A DNA stretch of 64,000 bases from Mobula birostris (Eukaryota), in contig NC_092395.1 of the NCBI RefSeq assembly GCF_030028105.1, positions 43,304,459 to 43,368,458 of the forward strand, given 5' to 3'. The position numbers and the translations under genes are program-made. Every line of letters starts with the position of its first letter. The stretch's first letter is position 1. The notes under the pieces are model-generated. The model had not been told where the DNA came from. It worked only from the letters and a program-made list of their open reading frames with translations, and made no database searches. Positions 12,210 through 22,080 of this stretch are shown here, in pieces.

Positions 12210-13720
12210 CACAGACTACTGTATTCAGATAAACTACCTGGACTTGACAGATAAGACACCTGGACCAGATGGACTACAACCCAGGTTTCTGAAAGAGGTA
12301 GTTGAGCAGATCATTGAGTTGAGGCATTAGTAGTGATCCTTCAAGAATCATTAGAAATGTAATGGTTTTGGAAGAGTAGAAAATTACAAATGTTACTCCA
12401 CTCCTTAAGAAAGGCAGGATGCAAAAAACAGGAAATTATAGGCCAGTTAATCTGACTTTAGAGGTTGGGAAGATGTTACAGTCCATTATTAAATATGAGT
12501 TTTGGGTACTTGGAGACACTTGATTAAATAGACCAAAGTCAGCAGGGTTTCCTAAAAGGGAAATCATGCCTGTGAAATCTGTTTGAATTCTTTGAGGAAA
12601 TAGCAGGTAGGATGGAGAGTAAGGGTAGGTTCTTCACTTGGGTTTTCAGAAGTGTTACGGAGGTGCCGCACATGAGGCTGATAAACAAGATAAGATCCCA
12701 TAGTATTACAGGACAGATACTAGCATGGACAGAAGATTGGTTGACTGGCAGGCAACAAAAAGGGAGAATAAAGGGGACCTTTAGTGGTTGGCTGCTGTTG
12801 ACTAGTGGTGTTCCGCAGGAGTCAGTGTTGGGACCACATCTTTTCATGTTATATGTCAATGATTTAGATGATGAAATCGATAGCTTTATAGCCAAGTTTG
12901 TGGATGATACAAAGATAAGTGCAGAGGCAGGTAATGTTGAGGATGCACATAGTATGGAGAAAGACTTGGATAGATTAGGAAAATGGACAAAGAAGTGACA
13001 GATGGAATACAGTTTAGGGACGTATATGGTCATACATTTCTGTGGACTATTTTCTTAACGAGGAACAATTTCAGAAATTAAACATGCAAAGAGACCTGGG
13101 AGTCTTAGAGCAGGAATCCCAAAAGATTAACTTGCAGGTTGTAATGCTGGGACTTTATAAGGCATTGGTCATACTGCATGAGGAATATTGTGAGCAGTTT
13201 GGGGTCCTTTATCTGGAAATTTATATGCTGTCATTGGAGAGGAGGCTCACGAGAATGATCTCTAGAATGAAAGGGTTAACATACGTGTTGAGTTCAATGG
13301 GTCTGGACCTGTACTTGCTGGAGTTTTGAGGAATAGGGGTGGGGGGGGGGGGTGTTGTAATCCCATTGAAACCTGTTGAATATTGAAAAGCCGAGTAGAG
13401 TGGACGTGAAGAGGATGTTTCCAATAGAGGGAGAATCTAGGACCAGAGGGCAGAGACTCAGATTACAAGGATGTCACTTTAAAACAGAGCTGAGGAATTT
13501 ATTTAGCCAGAGAATGGTGAACATGTGAAATTCATTACCCGAGACACTGTGGAGTCCATGTTAACCGGTATATTAAAAGCAGAGATTGATAGGTTCTTGA
13601 TGAATAAGTGCATGGAAGTGTACAGGGAGAAGACAGGCAAATGGCGTTGAGAAGGATAATTAATCAACAATGGCAGGACAGAATCGATGGGCCAAATGAT
13701 CTAATTCAACGAGTCTGTCT
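12210..13720 (+). mobile_element. Degenerate CR1 ORF2 fragment
   Basis: SGVPQESVLGPHLF.LYVNDLD...KFVDDTK. Confidence 0.8.
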
Positions 13721-14916
13721 CCAATGGTTATTGATGAAGCATCAGGTGGAATGAACAGCATCAGGAAATGCTGCAATGATATCCTGGGATTGGGATGTTT
13801 GATGTACAATATCCACAACACCTTGTTCAGGTGAGATATGATTCCACTCACTGATATATTTTCCTCATGATATCTATTGATTTTAGTGTTACCAGGACTT
13901 AATGGCATGTTTGAGAACTGAGGGGCACTAATGGGGTTTCTCTTTTGGGAGCTTACATGGTCCCAATGTGCTCAATGGCCTCATGATTTATTTTCATAAA
14001 TTCCACCATAAGACCATAGGACAGAGGAGCAGAAACCGGCCATTCGGCTCATTGAGACGGTAGCACTATTCCGTCGTTGCTGATTTGTTATCCCTCTCAA
14101 ACCCATTCTTCTGCCTTCTCCCTGTAATCTTTGACACGTTTTCTAATCAAGAAAATATCAACCTCCATTTTAAATGGCGAGCTGGTGGGGAGGGAGAGGA
14201 AGGATCAAAGTAGGAACGGGGTTCGGGAAATAAATGCGATAGTGCTGTAAATGGAGAGGGGTTGAGAGTTCAGCCTAGGAAGCATTTGTTGGGGGTAGGA
14301 AGGAGAAGAGAGAGGACGAGAGTGCGGCTGAGACAATAGGGGAAGGGGGATCAGGAACTAATGTGAAACAAATCCTTAACTAATTTGTCTCTGGACTCAT
14401 GCATCCGCACACTATCGCCCAATAGATAGTTGAGGAACAGGTTTAAACTTCTGACTGGGCAATTTTCATCCCTTGTGACCCAACCACTTCAGATCGCCAG
14501 ACTTTCCAGTTTGTGTCAATATTGGTCACATCTGGCGAAACCTCATTAGCTCAGAACGTAACTACAATTTATTCCTCTTTCCACCAATGCTGCCCAGGAG
14601 CCTGGAAATTTGCAGCCACGATTATGTTCATTTCCTGTATTAACCTCCCCAAAACCAACTGTTTCCTTCTAATTTTACATCGCAGCCTTACAGTCAACCC
14701 ACCACCATGTCCCCGATTCTCAACAATGGAACCTTCTTCCCTTCTTTGCTGATATTCGGTGTCCAAGGCTGCCGTACAGATTTCCTAAACTTCACCAAGC
14801 CAGGTCACGAACCAAAGCCGAGAGACGAATCTCCTTCCACTCAGGGCCAGAATTGAAAAAAAAAGCACGAAAGATGACGAAACGCACACACGGGAATCGT
14901 TCCTGCACTGATCATA

Positions 14917-14979
14917 TTTATTGGTAATTAATTATCGTCAATCAGTCTAATTACGATAAGGAATCACAAAACATTTATT
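14917..14979 (-). terminator. Candidate IgL polyadenylation signals
   Basis: Two AATAAA on the minus strand (14974-14979 and 14917-14922), about 285-345 nt after the stop codon. Confidence 0.6.
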
Positions 14980-15261
14980 AATCATTCGAATTAATCCAAA
15001 ACCAGTTTCAGAGAAAACCAAACATCGCCTGAAATTTCCAGAAGACAAGTAACTGTGTGCTTTAACACCGTGTAGCCTCTCAGCAGGAAAAAAGAACATA
15101 ATCAGCCTCGGGTACAAATATTCCAACATCACAGTGGAAACTACAGACAGCGGAACAGAAGAAAAGTACAGAGAAGAGCGAGTAAGAGTGGTAGAGGTGA
15201 AAGATACAAGGCCATGATCTCCCGTTAATCGGGAACATACAAGGCCGAAGCCGCGCTCTGT

Positions 15262-15584
15262 TTAACAGCTGGATTGTGTGACTGTTGCGGATATTGTCGA
15301 GGCTGCTCCTTGTTGAACTGAGCAGGAGTACCTCTTCCCACTGCTCCAGTCTGCGCCGGGCACCGTCAGGTAGCTGCTGAGACTGAAGGTTTTGTCCGCG
15401 TTCTGAGTCACCCTGCTGGTTTGCACCTCACTGCTCGTCGGACGGTCGTTCACTGTCCAGCTGACGACAGGGAAGCCGATCGACAATTTACTGACCAGGC
15501 AAACTAAGGTGCCCGATCCTTTAGCGGAGATCTCCTCGGCTGACGGCCCCAGTAGTTTCACTGAAGGGTCTGAGAGTTGCCGAT
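15262..15584 (-). CDS. IgL: IgL constant (C1-set) exon
   Basis: Acceptor CTTGTTCCCGTTGCAG ends at 15585; TLVCLVS..VSW..FSLSSYLTV..W..YSC..TQSSC, stop at 15262-15264. Confidence 0.95.
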
Positions 15585-18081
15585 CTGCAACGGGAACAAG
15601 AGAAAACGTGTTTCAAGTCGCAGAAGAGCTCTCATCATTTCACAGTTTGACATAAGCGTATTTAAAAGGTTTCAACTTCATTGAGTTGAGCCCGGAGTGT
15701 CACCAAGGGACAAGACAGTGCCCATGGAGGACAGGGCACGAAGGTCAATACGGAAAAACTAGAAATCTACTGCAACCGGTGAGGCTGTTAGTCTCTGAGT
15801 CATTCGCGGAGTTGAGAGACACACCGGCATCAAAGCGCCACAGAGTAGTTTAATGTGCCCACTCTCGGTGCCATCAGTGACACATTCCTCCTCTTCCCTC
15901 CGGCCCGCCCACCCATCATTAATGAGAATATATATGTTACAATCTGCTCTGCCCCAGTGGGCGAGGGCACGAAATGCGCGGTCCTGAGCTCCATGGAACA
16001 GGTCAGGGTAAGACCGCTCTGTGACCTGTGATAATGTCGAACGATTCGGCTCCCACTCAGATGGGGGACGGGAGGCTGGATTCCCCGCAGAATCGGAGCA
16101 CCGGCCACAGTCGGTGTTGTGACCGGGATCGATGAGCAATTCTATCTTGTTAAGTAGCCTGATGTGCAGCACCTTGTCAAAGGTCATCTTAAAATTCAAG
16201 TACACAACATTCACCAATTCTCCTTTGTCTATTCTGCTTGTTATTTCCTCAAAGAATTCTAACAACACCGCCTCTTTCACCACATACGGTTGAAGAAGTT
16301 TGGTATGCCCCCGCCCCCCGAAATCCTTAGAACTTTCTACAGGGGCACACTTGAGAGCTTCCCGACTGGCCGCATCACTGCCTGGTAGGGAACTGTACTT
16401 CCCTCAATTGCAGGACTCTGCAGAGAGTGGTGCGGACAGCCCAGCACATCTGCAGATGTGAACTTCCCACTGTGCGGGACATTTACAAAGACAGGTGTAG
16501 AAAAAAGGATCGAAGGATCACTGGGGTCCCAAGTCACCCCAACCACAAACTGTTCCAGCTGCTACCATCCGGGAAACAGCCCCTGAGCATAAAAGCCAGG
16601 ACCAACAGGTTCCTAATGCCCCACCTCCTCCTCGTACCCCATCTGTTATTTATTTATATACACACATTCTTTCTCTCTCTCCTTTTTCTCCCTCTGTCCC
16701 TCTCACTTTACCCTTGCCCATCCTCTGGGCCATCCCCTCCACTCCTTTTCTTTCTTCCTAGGCTTCCTGTCCCATGGGCTCCTCTCATATCCCTTTTGCC
16801 CATCAACTGTCCAGCTCTTGGCTTCATTCCTCCCCTTCCTGTCTTCTCCTATCATTTCGGATCTCTCCCTCCCCCTCCCACTTTCAAATCTGTTACTAGC
16901 TGTTCTTTCAGTTAGTCCTGACGAAGGGTCTCGGCCCGAAAAGTCGACTGTACTCTTCCTAGAGATGCTGCCCGGCCTGCTGCGTTCACCAGGAACTTTT
17001 TTGTTCCTAGGAAGGAGCAGCTCTCACGTGAATTGGTGACAGGAGAGAGAAGGCAAGGACTGGGCAGTGGGAAAGGGTCTTTTAAGGGGTGGGTGCTGGA
17101 GGAGAGTTCCACCCTCACTGGGAGGGCAGGACGTTTCGCTGGAAAGTTCGAATTAATAACTTGAAACTTGTCGATCTGCTGTGTTTGCAACTATGGGCTG
17201 TCTTCAGCCGGCAATGCCCTGTCCCCACTGACAACTTTGGCCCCACTTTAGGAAGATGGATCCCTTCACGTTCGTTCCAATTAAACCAACACAAAAACAA
17301 ATTAAAACTAGAGCAGAAGTAACACGACTGAACAGAAAGTTTGTGAGAATCATGGTTTGTCCGAAAATAAAACCGAAAAGAGAAATGCTTCATTAATATA
17401 CGGAAACAATTCACCGAACCCAACTCTATCGATTAAAACTGACGCTGGACACGAACACGATTAGATTGTAAATCAACATTTTCATTGTAAAATTCGCTAG
17501 GAAATTATAACTTATAACTTCTTAATTGAGGGTGACCGTATTTACGCCGTGGTCACCGCAGGAGATATTTATAGGACACTTACCTGTAACAAAGAGCTTG
17601 GTCCCTGGGCCGAACACCCCCAAGGAGCCACTACCCGTTGAAAATGCCGTTCCGCAGTAATAGACGGCAGCGTCATTCATCTCCACGTTTTTTATGATCA
17701 ACTGGTAAACGGTGCCGGCGCTGTTGGATGTCGACGTGAAACGGTCGCTGCTAAACCCAGACCCGTAGGTCGGGGCGCTGTGCGATTGATGGTAGTACAG
17801 GATCCATTGTGGAACTGTTCCCGGTGTCTGCTTGTACCAACCTACATTATAGCTAGCCTTTGATCCGATGTCACAATTCAGCGTGGCCGTGGCTCCTGGA
17901 CTCACCGACACGGTCGGAGGCTGAGTCAGAGTCCGGGACTCTCCAGCTGTGAAAAATCAGGAATTCAGCTGTAACCATTCACTCTTTAATGTGACCCCAA
18001 GACCCACCTCAGCAACCACTGCCTGTACTTACAACCCAGCCACACTGCCAGAGACCAGAAAAAGCACAGCGTCCGCATCAT
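15262..18081 (-). CDS. IgL: Immunoglobulin light chain gene (cartilaginous-fish type I / sigma-cart-like), 3 exons, V-J pre-joined, 244 aa
   Basis: Exons 18033-18081 (49 nt), 17584-17946 (363 nt) and 15262-15584 (323 nt) total 735 nt, giving an open frame ending TAA. Both introns are phase-1 GT-AG. Protein: MMRTLCFFWSLAVWLGS-GESRTLTQPPTVSVSPGATATLNC...WYKQ...YYCGTAFSTGSGSLGVFGPGTKLFVT-DRQLSDPSVKLLGPSAEE...TQSSC. Long CDR2 and terminal Cys fit a sigma-type light chain. Confidence 0.95.
16135..17010. mobile_element. TE fragments in the J-C intron: CR1 (-), Rex1 3' end (+), Penelope-like 3' end (+)
   Basis: EFFEEITSRIDKGE..FDKVLH (16135-16265); VRDIYKDRCRKK..HP.HKLFQLLPSG (16330-16620); pyrimidine tract plus GACGAAGGGTCTCGGCCCGAAA..ATGCTGCC (16620-17010). 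Confidence 0.65.
17584..17946 (-). CDS. IgL: IgL joined VJ exon
   Basis: V-set motifs TLTQPP, C, WYKQ and YYC (Cys codon 17654-17656) run directly into the J motif FGPGTKL (Phe codon 17612-17614); donor GTAAGT at 17583. Confidence 0.95.
18033..18081 (-). CDS. IgL: IgL leader (signal peptide) exon
   Basis: ATG at 18081-18079; MMRTLCFFWSLAVWLG plus 1 nt, then donor GTAAGT at 18032; 86-nt intron ending TTTTTCACAG at 17947. Confidence 0.9.
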
Positions 18082-18158
18082 TGCTGCCCGTCAGCTTTCT
18101 GCCTCCTGTCTGTCGGTGGATCTGTGACTGACCGGCCGCCGCTGCCAATGGAGCCCAG

Positions 18159-18221
18159 TTATAGAGCCATTCACACCGGGGAGGGAATCCATGCAAATCA
18201 GAGTGACTGACACTGACCAAT
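18159..18221 (-). promoter_or_regulatory. IgL V promoter: decamer/octamer, TATA-like box, CCAAT
   Basis: Sense strand TGATTTGCAT at 18200-18191 (canonical light-chain decanucleotide containing the octamer); TATAA at 18163-18159; CCAAT on the plus strand at 18217-18221. Confidence 0.85.
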
Positions 18222-18299
18222 CAGAGCGGGGATCGGAAACCCTCCCATATGCTGTCACATACCATCGGGTTGAGGCGGAGACATTGTTCGCAACTGACT

Positions 18300-19420
18300 T
18301 ATCTGTTAAAAACAATTTGCGAATGAAAAGTTCATTCATTGTCTGACATTTCCCGAACTCTTCCTTCATTTCCGATTCCTTCCTTCGGTCCACAGATGCC
18401 CCTCACACCTCCAGTGACAACAGGGCAGGACAGTGCAGGCTGTTGAAGGGTCTCGGCCCGCAACGTCCGACTGTACTGTTCTCCACTGATGCTGCCTGGC
18501 CTGCTGAGTTCCTCCAGCATTTCGTGTGTGTTGCTTGGATTTCCAGCATCTGCAGATCTTATCTGGTTTGTGATAGAGCAGTGCAGGCTTCCTGTTCCCA
18601 CATCAGTCATTCAGTCATGGAGTTCAAACCCACTTTGGCGGTTTGAGGGTTTGAATTCGTTCTAACTGCAGAGATTTAGCCCCTGAATTCTGTGGCAGTG
18701 TATCACCGAGGGGGCCCCGTGAGTGGCAACAGCCCTATTAGCTTTAAGGAATGTAAAGGACAGAACTGAAAACATTGGCCATGAATATAAGAATGAAATG
18801 ACACTGTATTTAATTTTTGCAAATACTTTTTATAACGAATAAAGTTGATTTTGATGTAATATAACCTATATGACAGACTGCGCCGACATAGCCCAGTTGC
18901 GGAGAGAGTACCCGGAACCTGGACAACGGTAATCAGGGACCCTCACAACACGCTGGAGGAACTCAGCAGGTCGGGCAGCATCCTTCGGTTCCAGGCCGAA
19001 ACGTCGACCGATCTTTTCCACAGATGCTGCCCGATCTGCTGAGTTCCTCCAGCGTGTTGTGAGTGTTGCTTTGACCCCAGCATCTGCAGATTATTTTGTG
19101 GTAAGTAGGGACCATTGGCGTTGCTCTGGTATTTATCAAGGCTCTACAAAACTGGAGCAAGCGGAACGAAGTAAACTGCCAACACAATGAAACTCTAAAC
19201 ACAAAATAATCTGAAGATGCTGGAGTCAGAGCGACACTCACCTGGCACCTACCAGCCTTCTCCTTCCCATTCTCCCCCCACCTTCTTTATAGGGCCTCTG
19301 CCCCTTCCCTCTTCAGTCCTGACGAAGGATTCCGGCCCGAAACGTTGACTGATAGTTTCCACGGATGCTGCCCGTCCTGCTGAATTCCTCCAGTGTTTTG
19401 TGAGTGTTACAATGTAACTT
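18300..19420. repeat. Cluster of short Penelope-terminus-derived repeats upstream of IgL
   Basis: Repeated GAAGGGTCTCGGCCCG..ATGCTGCC..CTGCTGAGTTCCTCCAGC motifs, including an inverted pair at 18943-19062. Confidence 0.6.
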
Positions 19421-20069
19421 ATTCACGGGAACGTGCATATTTACGAGCACGATTGCCGAACCTGTTCCGCAGCCCGCCTTTGAGGACGCGCAGTCCCTGC
19501 GACAGAGTCCGTGGTTGTGACATGTATTACAGAAAGGCCACAGGCAGCACAGCCTCCCGGAATTTGCTGTCCTCCCTCCCCAGGCGACAGCAAGCGGGAG
19601 AGTCAGGACCAAACAATGACCTGGAGAAGCTGACTGGCTCCATCCATTCTTTCGAATAGAATAAAAATCTCAGAACCGATAGTTTACGATACTCGGCTCC
19701 GAGGGACCGGCTGGAAAAGCACAATGCTATGCTTCTAACTGGCGCATGTCAGACTCCATGAAAAAAAAGTATCCATTTTTTTATACAAAAAAGGGCATCC
19801 AGAGCTTTATAGCTGACCTGCTTGAAAATTTTACCTTCAAACTTTCCACGTTTAAACATTGATCAAAAAGAAAATACAGCAGAGACAATCCTGACGGTGT
19901 CCGCTGGAGCGGGAAACAGGGTTTAAATATCTAACTTTCATCAGAGACAATGCTATTTTCTTTTATATTTCGTAAGCCGGTTGAATTGTGGCTACTAACC
20001 AGTCTGGCCATTTGAAATGACGTAGTATGCTGTACATATCTACCCAAAGGGAACCGATTTCTAAACAAA

Positions 20070-21710
20070 GCTTTCTGATGAAACTGAAAAGCTTGAACAC
20101 GTAGATATTAAGAAAGGAGATGTGCTGGAGCTTTTGGAAAGCATTAAGTTGGATAAGTCACCGGGACCGGACGAGATGTACCCCAGGCTAATGTGAGAGG
20201 CGAAGGAGGAGATTACTGAGTCTCTGGCTATGATCTTTGTATCATCAATTGGGTCAGGGGACTTTCTGGAGGAATGGAGGATTGCAGATGTTGTTCGATT
20301 ATTCAAGAAAGGGAGAAGAGATCGCCCAGGGAATTATAGACTAGTGAGTCTTACTTCAGTGGTTGGTACGTTGATGGAGAAGATCCTGAGAGGAAGGATT
20401 TATGAACATTTGGGGAGGCAGAAAATGATTAGGGATAGTCAGCATGGCTTTGTGAAAGACAGGTCGTGCCTTATGAGCCTTGAACTTTTTGAGGATATGA
20501 CTAAACACATTGATGAAGGTAGAGCAGTAGATGTAGTGTATATGGATTTAAGCAATGCATTTGACAGAGTACCCCGTGCAAGGCTTATTGAGAAAGTAAG
20601 GATGCATGGGATCCAAGGGGACGTTGCTTTGTGGATCCAGGACTAGCTTGCACACAGAAGGCAAAGAGTAGTTGTAGGCAGGTCATATTCTGCATAAAGG
20701 TTGGTGACCAGTGGTGTGCCTCAGGGATCTGTTCAGGGACCCCTTCCTTTTTGATTTTTATAAATGATCTGGATGAGGAAGTGGAGGAATGGGTTAGTAA
20801 ATTTGCTGATGACACAAAGATTGGAGGTGTTGTGGATAGTATGGTAGGCTGTCAGATGTTACAGTGGGACATCGATACGATGCAAAACTGGGCTGAGAAG
20901 TGGCAGATGGACTTAACCAAGATAAGTGTGAGGTGGTTCATTTTGGTAGGTCAAATATGATGGCAGAATATAGTATTAATGATAAGACTCTTGGCAGTGT
21001 GGAGGATCAGAGAGATCTTGGGATCCGAGTCCATCAGACATTCAAAGCTGCTGCGTAGGTTGACTCTGTGGTTAAGAAAGCATACGTTGCATTGGCCTTC
21101 ATCAATTGTGGGAAAGAGTTCAGGAGCTGAGTGGTAATGTTGCAGCTGTTTAAGACCCTGGTCAGATCCCACTTGGAATACCATGCACAGTTCTGGTCGC
21201 TTCACTATAGGATGGATATAGAAACCATAGAAATGGTGCAGAGGAGATTTACAAGGATGTTGCCTGGATTGGGGATCATGTCTTATGAGAATAGGTTGAG
21301 TGAACTCCACCTTTTTTCATTCGAGTGACGGAGGATGAGAGGTGACCTGATAGAGGTGTATAAAATGATGAGAGGCACTGATCGTGTGGCTAGTCAGAGG
21401 CTTTTTCCCAGGGCTGAAATAGCTAGCATGAGAGGGCACAGTTTTAAGGTGCTTGGAAGAAGGTACAGAGGAGATGTCCGGGTAAGTTTTTTACACAGAG
21501 AATGGTGAGTGCATGGAATCGGCTGCTGGCAACGGTGGTGGAAGCGGGTATGATACTGTCTTTTAAGAGATGCCTTGACAGGTACATGGAGCTCTGAAGA
21601 ATAGAGGGCTATGGGTAACCCCAGTTAATTTGTAAGGTAAGGACATGTTTGGCACAGCTTTGTGGGCCAAAGTGCCTGTATTGTGCTGTTGGTTTTTCTA
21701 TGTTTCAGTG
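20070..21710 (+). mobile_element. CR1 ORF2 3' half, decayed
   Basis: PGNYRLVSLTSVVG, SQHGFVKDRSC, FADDTK, LVRSHLEY. Confidence 0.85.
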
Positions 21711-21749
21711 GTTGTATGAAGGAATTCACAACATTTTATTGTAAGGGCT

Positions 21750-22080
21750 ATTTTTGTGTGGGTCTTTTGAAGGATTGCTAATTTTTCTTTCAGTTACATC
21801 GTGTAAACTTTCAGAAATGAAAACCACTTCTAAACATGTTTGCCAGCACATTATGAATTTGATGGTTTGTGAGCTTTTTACAAGATTTCATTACTCATTG
21901 ATATAATCTGGAAAGCCCCATACAACTGCAGAAGAATTGATTTTGCTGAACATAAAGGCGGTTCTGAGTATAGTTTTGCATAAATCACCGGACCAAATTA
22001 TTAATGCAATGCCTATCAGTGATAATTCTGTTAAAAGATGAATAAATGAAATATCTGAGAATGTCGAAGACACAGTGGGC
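21750..22080 (+). mobile_element. hAT (Charlie/Buster, ZBED5-like) transposase fragment
   Basis: SGKPHTTAEELIL...AMPISDNSVKR*INEISENVED. Confidence 0.65.

Noticed and set aside
15130-15168. CACAGTG heptamer in the IgL 3' UTR as a possible RSS
   Set aside because: Best nonamer at a 23-nt spacer is AGAAAAGTA (5/9 match) and no gene segment is adjacent
15585-17583. Additional J segments or RSS in the J-C intron
   Set aside because: No further FGxGT-coding motif or heptamer-nonamer pair found by eye
17522-17911. ORF-track protein starting MSVSPG and running past the J
   Set aside because: Starts at an internal GTG and reads into the intron; the real structure is the spliced 3-exon gene. The same applies to ORF 15262-15561.
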